The notes: generated from the sequence alone by a model not told the origin. 64,000 nt of DNA from Myxococcota bacterium (GCA_041687695.1 JAWLBL010000002.1:230761-294760), one strand, 5' to 3'. Shown: positions 11,554-20,815, numbered from the stretch's first letter. A program made the numbers and translations.

Positions 11554-13596
11554 CTATCGCGGCGCCGGCTGGCCCAGCTTCCGCTCGCTCGCCAGCGCCA
11601 GCGCGTCCGACAGCACCGGCCGCGTGGGATGGTCGGACCCGTCGACCGCCTCCCGGAAGCCCTGCAGCATCCGCCGGTCCGCGTCCTCGACCGCCAGCGC
11701 CTCGGCCTCGCTCAACGTGGCCCGCGCGTCCTCGACCGAGCCCCACCGCACCTGCTGCCCGGCCTCGGCCAGCGCCTCCGCCAGCCGGAAGCTGACCACG
11801 TTCCGCCGCACCGTCACCTGCTCCAGCGTCTCGGGCCGCGGCGTCGCCGCCAGGGCCACGCTCGCCCGCGCCGTCGCGTTGCCCAGCGCCACCATGTCCT
11901 TGTACTTCAAGGTCACGTCGGCCACCGGCCCGGGCCGCTCCACCCACAGCTCGATCAACACCACGTGGTCGTCGCCCCCGTAGAAGTACGGGATGACGGT
12001 CTGGACGCCGTCGTCGTCCTCGCCCCGGTCCGCGGTCACCCCCATCGCGACCGACAGCTGCCTGTCGACCGCCTCCTCGCGCGCCTTGACCTGCGCGACC
12101 TCCTCGTCCTCGAGCTTGCGCGAGCCCAGCACCCGCACCGCCTTCACCCCGGGCGCCAGCCGCACGTTCAGCCGCAGCAGGCGCGCCACCACCTTGGCCA
12201 GGCTCTCGATCTCGGCCCCGATCGGCGCGTCCAGCGCCCCCGGCGCCGCCTGGTGATAGTTGCCGTGCCCGGCGTCGGCCACCTGCCACCAGGGGTCCAC
12301 CCGCGCCGTCTCGCCGACCTGCACCACCGAGGTCACCGCGCCCTGCAGCGTCAGCCCGTGGGTCGCCCGCACGGCCGCCTGCACCCGCCATCGGTCCTGC
12401 CCGGCGGTCACCAGCACCACCGACTGCGTCCCCGGCACCACCGCCGGCTCGCTCTGCGCCTTGGCCAGCAGCTCGCCCGCCCGCCGCAGCGCCGCCCCCA
12501 GATCCCCCGGCCGCGCCGGCCGCCGCGTCGCCTCCTCCAGCCGCCCGGCCAGCTCGGTCCGCAGGGACCGCGCCCGCTCGACCCCGCGAACCACCCGCAG
12601 CTCGTCCCCCGCCAGCACCAGCCCGACCCGGTCCTGCGGCCCCAGCCGTGACCCCAGCGCCCGCACCACCTCGACCAGCACGCCCGGGTGCGCCGCCCGC
12701 GCCGCCTCGTCGACCACCACCACCACGTCCAGCGGCGGCCGCCGCCAGCCATACCGCTCGCTGCCCTGCAGCCCGACCTGAAGGACCACCCGCTGCGGCC
12801 GCTCGACCCAGCGGTGGCTCAGCGAGGCCGTCAGCGCCAGCCCGGCCTCGCCCGGCGGGTCGAAGGCCTGCGGCGCCGCGTGCGCCAGCTCGTGCGGCCG
12901 CCCGGCCTCGCCCAGCGCCGCCTCCAGCCGCCGCATCCGCTGCACGTACCCCGCGTTGCCGCCCAGGTAGGTGTTCTCGAAGTAGAACATCCGCGGCAGC
13001 GTGCTCGCCGGCGGCACGAACAGGTCCTCGATCGGCGCCTGCTCCGCCCACGCCTGCCCGCCCATAGGGTCCTGCTTGCCCCTCGCGTTCTTCGCCAGCT
13101 TCCCCTCGGTCGTGTTCTTGTCCACCTCGCCGGCGATCTCGATCTGGTCCAGCACCACTACCTTGCGTCCGGTGCGCCGCTCGATCTTCGCCTCGAACTT
13201 GGGCGCCGGCGCGGGCTTGGGCTTGGGCTTGAGCTCCTCCTGCGCCCACTCCCCGTCTTCGGCCTCGTCGCGCGCGGCCGGAGCGTCGTCCTCGAAGCCT
13301 CCGCCTCCTGCGCCGGCCCCTCTGAAGCCCGCCCCCGCCGTACCTCCACCCACGACGAACTCGTCGCCGCCGGCCGCCATCGCGGTCGCGAGCTTGTGCG
13401 CCAGGCCGTCCGCGTCCGCGGGCAGGTCCAGCACTTCGCGCTGCTCCGCGGCCTTCTCCTCCTCCTCGGGCTCAGGCTCGGCCGCCGTCGCCCGCGCCGC
13501 GCTGTCCACGGCCGGCGCCGCGGCGGGCTCGGCGCGTCCGCACCCGCCCGCCGCCAGCCCCAGCGCCACAAGCAGCGCCAGGCCGCGCAGCCTCAC
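11554..13596 (-). CDS. vWA-domain lipoprotein lacking canonical MIDAS (paralog 1)
   Basis: GTG at 13596 overlaps the upstream TGA (GTGA); lipobox AAGGC; C-terminal region highly similar to 9403..11544. Confidence 0.8.
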   Translation of the reverse strand: MRLRGLALLVALGLAAGGCGRAEPAAAPAVDSAARATAAEPEPEEEEKAAEQREVLDLPADADGLAHKLATAMAAGGDEFVVGGGTAGAGFRGAGAGGGGFEDDAPAARDEAEDGEWAQEELKPKPKPAPAPKFEAKIERRTGRKVVVLDQIEIAGEVDKNTTEGKLAKNARGKQDPMGGQAWAEQAPIEDLFVPPASTLPRMFYFENTYLGGNAGYVQRMRRLEAALGEAGRPHELAHAAPQAFDPPGEAGLALTASLSHRWVERPQRVVLQVGLQGSERYGWRRPPLDVVVVVDEAARAAHPGVLVEVVRALGSRLGPQDRVGLVLAGDELRVVRGVERARSLRTELAGRLEEATRRPARPGDLGAALRRAGELLAKAQSEPAVVPGTQSVVLVTAGQDRWRVQAAVRATHGLTLQGAVTSVVQVGETARVDPWWQVADAGHGNYHQAAPGALDAPIGAEIESLAKVVARLLRLNVRLAPGVKAVRVLGSRKLEDEEVAQVKAREEAVDRQLSVAMGVTADRGEDDDGVQTVIPYFYGGDDHVVLIELWVERPGPVADVTLKYKDMVALGNATARASVALAATPRPETLEQVTVRRNVVSFRLAEALAEAGQQVRWGSVEDARATLSEAEALAVEDADRRMLQGFREAVDGSDHPTRPVLSDALALASERKLGQPAPR

Positions 13597-16500
13597 GGGT
13601 AGGCCCCCGGCGGCGTCGGCTGCGGCTCGGGCTCCGGCGGCTGCTGGGGCCCGGCCTCGCGCGGCCGCGACCGCCACCCGGCCACCGCAACCACCAGCAG
13701 CACCAGCACCGCGACCCCGCCCTCGACCTCGTCGATCTGGAACGCCGCCGCCTTCACCAGCGCCAGCCCCAGCCCGACCGCCAGCATCACCCACCCGGGC
13801 GCCCCCAGCGGCAGCTTGCGCGCCCGCCGCCACACCACCGCGGCCAGCAGCCCCACCGCGATGACCCACAGCACCACCCCCATGGCGCGCCCCGGCGTCG
13901 CCGCGAAGGTCAGCTCGACCTCCAGCGCCGCCGCCTGCTGCGCCGGGTCGTACACGCGCTTGGTGAACAGGCGCTCGGGGAAGTCCCCGGTCGACGGCAG
14001 CGTCAGCGCCAGATCCCCCAGGTCACCCGCGTCGTCGGGGCGCCGGTACTCGTAGGGGCGCTGCTCCTCGAGCGCGGTGTCCACCGACAGCACGGCCAGC
14101 TTCGGCGGCGTCCGCACCAGCCACTGCAGGTCCGTCACCAGCATGTCCGGCTGCGGCGCGACCAGCTCCATCGACCCGAACGCGCCCGGCCCCTCGGTCG
14201 GCACGTCGTAGACCACGTCGACCAGCACCGTCTGCGCCTTGGGCAGCGGCACCGCCAGCGCGCCCTCCTGGTCCTTGACCGCCTTGACCGCCTGCCCGCC
14301 CGCCGACACGCGCCACACCTTGGCCTCGGGCGGCATCTTCAGCCGCAGGAACTGCCGGTCCTCGTTGGCCACCCGGAACAGCGCCCGCGTCACGACGTGC
14401 CCGTCCTCGAGCACGGTCGTCTCCAGCCACGCCGCGTTCACCACGGCCTTGAGCGTCTCCACCGTCTGGTGCCGCTTCAGCTCGACCTGCAGCGCCCACG
14501 GCGCGTAGGCGTAGGTGTACCCGAACAGGATCTCGCGCTCGCTGCGCAGCCGGATGGCGTTGGGCAGCTCCGTCACGTCCACCCGCCGGATGTCGCTCGC
14601 CGCCTGCGGCTGCGCCTCGATGCCCGTCTCGGCCGACAGCCCGAAGCTGCCCTTCTCGACGTCGGCCCCGTGCACCCGCACGTCCGGGAGCGCGACCTTG
14701 CCCAGCTCCTTGGGCAGCAGCACCTCGACCTCGAGGTCTATCTGGATGGCCCCCTCGAGCGCCTGCGTGAAGCGCACCTCGTGGCCCTTGCGCCCCGGCC
14801 CCGCGTCGAAGTCCTTGGCCGGCTCGTGCTTGTTCAGGCTGGGCGCCGTCACGTTCAGCACGTTCGCCGTGTCCGGCAGCGACAGGATGAGCGCGTCCTG
14901 CCGCCCGCTCTTCATCTCGACCAGGATCGACGACAGCCCGACCAGCGCGCCGTCCTTGACCTGGTACAGCGTCTGCACCCGCGCGTCGAAGCGGATGTCC
15001 TTGGGCTTGGCCGTCGCCACCTTGCTGGCGATGGCGCCCGGCGCCCCGATGTGCTTGAACGCCTGGCTCACCCGCTCGGTCAGCGTCTGCCGCAGCTCGC
15101 TCGGCAGCGCGTCCTCGCCCACCTTGCTGAAGTCGTTGGCCTCGGCCGGCCCGAAGCCCACCTTGTCGCCGTCGAACAGCGCCACCACGCCCGACTCGCG
15201 GTAGGCCCCCAGCGGCCGCAGCAGCGGCAGGGCCAGCGCCGCCCCCTCCTCGCGCGGGACCTGCGCCTCCAGCTCCAGCTCCAGCAGGTAGCTGCCGACC
15301 AGCTCGCGCCCCAGCGTCACCCGGATCTGCCGCGGCGCGCCGTCCGCCTCGGGGAAGGTGTGCCAGTCCTCGATGCCCTCGCCCCGCACCTTGTAAGGCA
15401 CCAGCCCGTCGGGCACCGCGACCGCCAGCTCCTTGGTCTTGCCGCGGATGACGTCGTAGCGGATCTGCACCTTCGTCCGCAGCACCGCCTCCTGCAGCGT
15501 CAGCAGCTGATAGGTCTCGGTGTTCACGCTCAGCGCGTCCTCCGGCGCCGCCCGCGACTCGGTCCACCGCACGATCACCTGCTCGGACGGCGGCAGCCAC
15601 GCCCGCGCGACCGTCACGGCGTCCTCCTCGCCGCCCGTGAACGTCGTCGTCACCGGCACGGCCGGCTCCAGCGTCACCTGCCGCTTGCCCCGGATGACCG
15701 TCTCGACGCTGGTGATGGGCACCCCGGCCAGCGCCAGCGCCACCTGCGGCTGCCCCTGCGACCGGTCGATGGCCACCCGGAAGCGCGACACCAGCACCTG
15801 CCGCCCGCGCCCCTGCACCGTGGCCACGTGCCACCCGTCCGACACCCGCGTCGCCACCGCGTCGCGCCCGGCGGTCACCTCCATCAGCGCCACCTGCGCG
15901 CTCGCGACCCGCACGTGCGCCTGGCTGCCCGTCACGTGCACCTCGTGGGTCACCGTGACGTCCACGCCGTCGCCGCTGTCGTCCAGCTCCAGCTTGTAGT
16001 CCGCGCGCCGCACGTTCTGCGCGCCCGCCCCGACGCCGAACCGCACCACCGCCGCCACCGTCCCCGGCAGCGACGCCGTCAGCTCGCCCCCGCTCCGCTC
16101 GACGCTGGCCGCCGGCCACACGTCCACCGGCAGGTCCGGCCGCCCGCCGGTGTCGAGGGTCATCGACGAGCCCGGCATCGGCGGCAGCGGCACCACCACC
16201 AGCAGCGACCCGTCGTCCGCGACCTGCGCGGGCACCAGGTAACTCAGCGACACCGTCGGCGTCCGCGTCTTGTCGTCCAGCACCAGCACGTGCGCGCCCT
16301 GCCGCCGCAGCAGCGTCGCCTCGTTGCCGCCCAGCCGCACCGACTGCAGCACCACGTCGCCCGCGACCAGCGGCACCTCGGCCAGCCCCTCGCCGACCAC
16401 GCGCAGCTCCGCCGTCACCGACACCTCGGCGAACAGGCCCGGCCCGCTCCCCTCCGGCAGCGCCACGTCCACCGTCCCGCGCCCCCAGGTCGGCCGCGGC

Positions 16501-16682
16501 CCGTCCTTGCGCTGGGCGGCGTCCATCAGCTCCTCATAGCGCTGCAGTGTCAGCCGGACCTCGCCCGGCGGCTCCTGCGCCCAGGACGGGGCCAGCAGCG
16601 ACAGCGACACGGCGATCGCGAGCGCGACGGCGCTCGCGGCCCGAAACATCGGGCGAAACACGGGACGGTACACGGCGTTCAT
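13593..16682 (-). CDS. Large exported protein (1029 aa) with repeated beta-rich domains and three C-terminal TM helices
   Basis: ATG 16682 after AGGAGAGG; signal ending SWA-Q; quasi-repeats ending GVVAL/GSFGL...LP; hydrophobic C-terminal segments. Confidence 0.8.
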   Translation of the reverse strand: MNAVYRPVFRPMFRAASAVALAIAVSLSLLAPSWAQEPPGEVRLTLQRYEELMDAAQRKDGPRPTWGRGTVDVALPEGSGPGLFAEVSVTAELRVVGEGLAEVPLVAGDVVLQSVRLGGNEATLLRRQGAHVLVLDDKTRTPTVSLSYLVPAQVADDGSLLVVVPLPPMPGSSMTLDTGGRPDLPVDVWPAASVERSGGELTASLPGTVAAVVRFGVGAGAQNVRRADYKLELDDSGDGVDVTVTHEVHVTGSQAHVRVASAQVALMEVTAGRDAVATRVSDGWHVATVQGRGRQVLVSRFRVAIDRSQGQPQVALALAGVPITSVETVIRGKRQVTLEPAVPVTTTFTGGEEDAVTVARAWLPPSEQVIVRWTESRAAPEDALSVNTETYQLLTLQEAVLRTKVQIRYDVIRGKTKELAVAVPDGLVPYKVRGEGIEDWHTFPEADGAPRQIRVTLGRELVGSYLLELELEAQVPREEGAALALPLLRPLGAYRESGVVALFDGDKVGFGPAEANDFSKVGEDALPSELRQTLTERVSQAFKHIGAPGAIASKVATAKPKDIRFDARVQTLYQVKDGALVGLSSILVEMKSGRQDALILSLPDTANVLNVTAPSLNKHEPAKDFDAGPGRKGHEVRFTQALEGAIQIDLEVEVLLPKELGKVALPDVRVHGADVEKGSFGLSAETGIEAQPQAASDIRRVDVTELPNAIRLRSEREILFGYTYAYAPWALQVELKRHQTVETLKAVVNAAWLETTVLEDGHVVTRALFRVANEDRQFLRLKMPPEAKVWRVSAGGQAVKAVKDQEGALAVPLPKAQTVLVDVVYDVPTEGPGAFGSMELVAPQPDMLVTDLQWLVRTPPKLAVLSVDTALEEQRPYEYRRPDDAGDLGDLALTLPSTGDFPERLFTKRVYDPAQQAAALEVELTFAATPGRAMGVVLWVIAVGLLAAVVWRRARKLPLGAPGWVMLAVGLGLALVKAAAFQIDEVEGGVAVLVLLVVAVAGWRSRPREAGPQQPPEPEPQPTPPGAYP

Positions 16683-16888
16683 GCGCGGGCCTCTCCTGAT
16701 GGACGACGGCGCCCACTTCCCCTGGGGCGCCTCGTGCGGGTCTCCAGGGACGCACGGTTTGCAGAAAAGTTCCACCCGCCCCCGAAACCCCGTCCTTGGC
16801 CAGCCCCTCGGCGCCGACATACCTTCGACTCCGCTCCCCCCCCCCATCGCCGCTCCGCTCCGCCTTCCGCCGCCCCGCCCGGTGCCGA

Positions 16889-18250
16889 TTGCGCGACTTC
16901 CTGCTCTATCGCCTCCTGCCGTTCGCCCTCTGCCTGGCCGTTCTCACCCTGCTCCGCACCACGGGCCTCGGCGCCGGCGGCTGGGGCGCGCAGAGCGTCA
17001 CGGTGGCCGTCGGCTTCCTGCTCATCGGCGCCTTCATCGCCGGCAAGGCCGCCACCGCCGTGAAGCTGCCGCGCATCACCGGCTACCTGGTCGTCGGCGT
17101 CGTCATGGGCCCCTACGCCACCGAGCTGTTGACCCAGGACATGCTGCTGGCCAGCCGCACCATCGACGGCGTCGCGGTGGCCCTCATCGCCCTCATCGCG
17201 GGCGGCGAGATCAAGCTCGACTGGATGCGCGCCCGCCTGCGTCCCATCCTCACCATCACCCTCATCGAGCTGACCCTGGTCGCGACCCTCATCTTCGGCG
17301 TCGTCCTCATCGGCCGGCAGCTCTTCCCCTTCATGCCCAACGACGACCTGCCGCGCGCCCTGGTCATCGGCATGATCTTCGGCGTCCTCGCCGTCTCCAG
17401 CTCGCCCACCGTCACCATCGCGGTCATCGCGGACACCCGCTCCGACGGCGTCCTCAGCAAGACCGTCCTGGGCGTCACGGTCCTCAAGGACGTCCTCATC
17501 ATCATCCTGTTCGCCACCGCCATGGCCATCGCCCGCGACGCCCTGTCGGCCGGCGGCGCCGACGAGATCCCGCTCGGCCTCACCCTCGCTCGCGAGCTGG
17601 GCGGCTCGGCCCTGGCCGGCGTCGCCTTCGGCATGGCCATCTCCTGGCACCTGGTCCACATCAAGCGCGACGTCCCGGTCTTCGTCCTCTTCGTCTGCTT
17701 CGCCATGAGCGAGCTGGCCCGCGTCCTGCACCTCGAGGCGCTCCTCATCGCTCTGGTCGCCGGCCTGTGGGTCGAGAACTTCTCCAAGGCCGACGGCCAC
17801 GCCCTCATCGACGGCATCGAGCGCGTCGCCACGCCCGTCCTCGCGCTCTTCTTCGCCGCCGCCGGCGCCAAGATGGATCTGGGCGCCTTCGCCGTCATGT
17901 GGCACCTCGCCCTGCTCCTGGTCGCCGTGCGCGCCCTCGGCGTCTGGGGCGGCATCACCCTCGGCGCCCGCGTCGCCGGCGCCGAACCCGTGGTCCGCAA
18001 GCTCGGCTGGCTGGGCTTCATCAGCCAGGCCGGCGTCAGCCTCGCCCTGTCCGCCATCGTGGTCCGCGCCTTCCCCGACTGGGGCGCCGAGGTCCAGGTC
18101 CTCATCATCGCCATGATCGCCGTCCACGAGGTCGTCGGCCCGATCGGCTTCCAGCACGCCCTCACCGTCGCCGGCGAGGTCGGCCGCGCCCGCCGCCCCG
18201 GAGCCGAGCCCGCCGTCACCGAGGAGGACGACGTCACCGTGCCGATCTGA
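16889..18250 (+). CDS. Cation:proton antiporter (CPA2/Na_H_Exchanger family), copy 1
   Basis: TTG start inferred by alignment to the paralog (MRDFLLYRLLP vs MRDLLVHRLLP); LPRITGY, GGEI, SSPTV, FFAAAGA, SQAGV; many TM segments. Confidence 0.85.
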   Translation: MRDFLLYRLLPFALCLAVLTLLRTTGLGAGGWGAQSVTVAVGFLLIGAFIAGKAATAVKLPRITGYLVVGVVMGPYATELLTQDMLLASRTIDGVAVALIALIAGGEIKLDWMRARLRPILTITLIELTLVATLIFGVVLIGRQLFPFMPNDDLPRALVIGMIFGVLAVSSSPTVTIAVIADTRSDGVLSKTVLGVTVLKDVLIIILFATAMAIARDALSAGGADEIPLGLTLARELGGSALAGVAFGMAISWHLVHIKRDVPVFVLFVCFAMSELARVLHLEALLIALVAGLWVENFSKADGHALIDGIERVATPVLALFFAAAGAKMDLGAFAVMWHLALLLVAVRALGVWGGITLGARVAGAEPVVRKLGWLGFISQAGVSLALSAIVVRAFPDWGAEVQVLIIAMIAVHEVVGPIGFQHALTVAGEVGRARRPGAEPAVTEEDDVTVPI

Positions 18251-18344
18251 CCGCCGCCGCCGCCTCGCGCGGCTTGCGTTCTGGTCAGCCCGCGCGGCGT
18301 CGTGTAGAGGGGATGGTCCCTCCGAAACGGCCGAAAGCGGTTGT

Positions 18345-19694
18345 GTGCGCGATCTCCTGGTCCATCGCCTGCTGCCCATCCTGATCTGCGTCGCGGTCGT
18401 CCTCGCCCTGCGCTACTGGGACGTCGGCGTCGCCGGCCTCGGGCTGCAGAGCACCACCGTGGCGATGGGCCTGCTGCTCGTCGGCGCCTTCGTGGGCGGC
18501 CAGCTCTCGGCCGCCGTCCGCCTGCCCCGCATCACCGGCTACCTGCTGACGGGCCTGCTGCTCGGGCCCTACGCCACGGGCCTGCTCACCAAGGACATGC
18601 TCGGCGCCGGCTACGTCGTCGAGGGCATCGCCGTCGCCCTCATCGCGCTCATGGCCGGCGGCGAGATCCGCCTCGACTGGATCCGCAGCCAGCTCAAACG
18701 CCTGCTGCTCATCACCGGCTTCGAGCTGCTCATCGTCGGGCTGGTCGTCTTCGCCCTGGTCATCGCGCTGCGCGACGTCTTCCCCTTCATGCCCAGCGGC
18801 GACGCCGAGCTCGGCCGCGCCCTGGTCATCGCCATGATCTTCGGCGTCCTCGCCACCGCCAACTCACCCACCGTCACCATCGCCGTCATCGCCGAGACCC
18901 GCGCCGACGGCCCGGTCGCCCGCACCGTCCTCGGCGTCACCGTCACCAAGGACGTCGTCATCATCGTCCTGTTCGCCGCCGCCATGGCCTTCGCCCGCGC
19001 GACCCTCGACCCCGACTCGGCCCAGGCCTCCCTCGGCTGGGTCCTCACCCGCGAGCTCGGCGGCTCCATCCTCGCCGGCCTCGTCTTCGGCGCCATCCTC
19101 TCCTGGTACCTCCTCAAGATCCGCCGCGACGCCGGCGTCGTCGTCCTCTTCGTCTGCTTCGCCATCAGCGAGCTGTCCGCCGCCCTGCACCTCGAGGCCC
19201 TGCTGGTCGCGCTGACCGCCGGCCTGTGGGTCGAGAACTTCTCCAAGGCCGACGGCCACGCCCTCATCCAGGGCATCGAGTCCGTCTCCCTGCCCGTCCT
19301 GGCCCTCTTCTTCGCCGCCGCCGGCGCCAAGATGGATCTGGTCGCCTTCGCCGAGACCTGGCACCTGGCGCTGCTGCTCATCGTCGTCCGCGCCGTCGCC
19401 ATCTGGGGCGGCGTCCGCATCGGCGCCACGCTCTCGGGCGCCGAGCCCTCGGTGCGCCGCTACGCCTGGACCGGCTTCATCAGCCAGGCCGGCGTGACCC
19501 TCGCCCTGTCGGCGATCGTCGTCCGCGCCTTCCCCACCTGGGGCGCCGAGATCCAGGTCCTGGTCATCGCCATGATCGCCGTCCACGAGCTGATCGGCCC
19601 GATCGGCTTCCAGCAGGGCCTCGCCCGCGCCGGCGAGATCGGCCGCGCCGCCCTGCCCAGCCGCGACGCCGGCGGGCCCGAACGGCGACACTGA
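18345..19694 (+). CDS. Cation:proton antiporter (CPA2 family), copy 2
   Basis: Same motifs as copy 1, long identical stretches (GLWVENFSKADGHALI, LALFFAAAGAKMDL). Confidence 0.87.
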   Translation: MRDLLVHRLLPILICVAVVLALRYWDVGVAGLGLQSTTVAMGLLLVGAFVGGQLSAAVRLPRITGYLLTGLLLGPYATGLLTKDMLGAGYVVEGIAVALIALMAGGEIRLDWIRSQLKRLLLITGFELLIVGLVVFALVIALRDVFPFMPSGDAELGRALVIAMIFGVLATANSPTVTIAVIAETRADGPVARTVLGVTVTKDVVIIVLFAAAMAFARATLDPDSAQASLGWVLTRELGGSILAGLVFGAILSWYLLKIRRDAGVVVLFVCFAISELSAALHLEALLVALTAGLWVENFSKADGHALIQGIESVSLPVLALFFAAAGAKMDLVAFAETWHLALLLIVVRAVAIWGGVRIGATLSGAEPSVRRYAWTGFISQAGVTLALSAIVVRAFPTWGAEIQVLVIAMIAVHELIGPIGFQQGLARAGEIGRAALPSRDAGGPERRH

Positions 19695-19728
19695 ACAAAA
19701 AACTGAACGCGGGGCTTGCCCCGGACCG

Positions 19729-19768
19729 CTGAACATCTGTACGCTCGTTCACCATGAACATGCGTACA
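19729..19768 (+). promoter_or_regulatory. Three LexA/SOS-like boxes over a putative promoter and start codon
   Basis: GAAC-ATCT-GTAC (19731-42), GTAC-GCTC-GTTC (19739-50), GAAC-ATGC-GTAC (19756-67); possible TTGCCC-18-TACGCT promoter at 19716-19745. Confidence 0.6.
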
Positions 19769-20671
19769 CCCGTGCTCGCCCTCCGGCGCCACGCCTGCGC
19801 CGGCCCCGTCTGGGTCCTCGACTTCGACGCCCGCGGCCAGGCCGACTGCGCCTTCTGCGCCGCCCGCGCCGCCCGCCCCGCGCCGGCCTCCCCGCCGCCG
19901 CTGGGTCGCCTGACCGCCGCCCTGCGCGACGAGCTGGCGCGCCGCCGCCGCCTGCCCGACTTCGTGCACCTGCTGCCCTCGGCCGACGCCTTCGCCCCGG
20001 GCGCCGCCGATCTGGCCCCCGCCGCCCTCGAAGCCTGCCAGGCCCTGCTCGCTCGCGACATCGGCGTCGTCCTGTCGACCCGCGGCGGCCTCGCCCAGGC
20101 CCAGCCGCTGGTCACCCTCGCCCGCCGCTTCCCCGGGCTGCTGCGGGTCCACGTCGGCGTGTTCAGCCCGGACGCCCGCCACCAGGCCACGTGGGAGCGC
20201 GGCGCCGCCCCGCTGGCCGATCGCGTCGCCCTCGCGGGGGCGCTGCAGCGCGCCGGCGCGCAGGTCGTCATGGCCATCGGGCCCATCATCCCCTTCGTCA
20301 ACGACGCGCCCGAGGCGCTCGAGCGCCTGGTCCGCATGGCCCGCCACGCCGGCGTCACCGCCGTGCAGCCCCACTTCGTGCAGGACGCGCCGGGCCTCGT
20401 CGCCCAGGTCGAGCGAGAGGTCGCGCGCAGCCAGGCCCGCATGCTCGAGGGCTGGTTCGCCATGCCCGGCGCCCGGATCGCGCCGGGCGTGCGCCGCATC
20501 GCCGATCGCGTGGTCGAGCGGCCGCTCGAGGCCCTTCGCCAATCGGCCCAGCGCGCCGGCGTCCAGGTCCAGGTGTGCGCCTGTCAGCACTCGGCCGGCG
20601 CCGACGTCTGCCTGCGTGGCCCGGTCCGCGCCGCCGCCCCGGCCCAGCTGGGCCTGCTCGACCTCGGGTGA
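19754..20671 (+). CDS. Divergent SPL-like radical SAM-fold protein
   Basis: RGQADCAFCAAR (incomplete CxxxCxxC), STRG, WERGAAPLADRV, IGPIIPFVND as in SPL/Rv2578c-like proteins; C-terminal CAC...C and QLGLL. Confidence 0.68.
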   Translation: MNMRTPVLALRRHACAGPVWVLDFDARGQADCAFCAARAARPAPASPPPLGRLTAALRDELARRRRLPDFVHLLPSADAFAPGAADLAPAALEACQALLARDIGVVLSTRGGLAQAQPLVTLARRFPGLLRVHVGVFSPDARHQATWERGAAPLADRVALAGALQRAGAQVVMAIGPIIPFVNDAPEALERLVRMARHAGVTAVQPHFVQDAPGLVAQVEREVARSQARMLEGWFAMPGARIAPGVRRIADRVVERPLEALRQSAQRAGVQVQVCACQHSAGADVCLRGPVRAAAPAQLGLLDLG

Positions 20672-20815
20672 CTCGCCGCCTCTTACGAGCTGGAGTGACC
20701 CGCCGGCTCTTACGAGTTGGAGTGACCCGCCGGCTCTTACGAGCTGGAGTGACCCGCCGCCTCTTACGAGCTGGAGTGACCCGCCGGCTCTTACGAGTTG
20801 GAGTGACCCGCCGGC
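20668..20815. repeat. Tandem array of 5.5 x 27-bp units, each with a hairpin
   Basis: Consensus GTGACCCGCCGGCTCTTACGAGCTGGA at 20668, 20695, 20722, 20749, 20776, partial at 20803; no spacers. Confidence 0.95.

Noticed and set aside
20668..20815. CRISPR array
   Set aside because: Units are head-to-tail with no unique spacers, and no cas genes are present.
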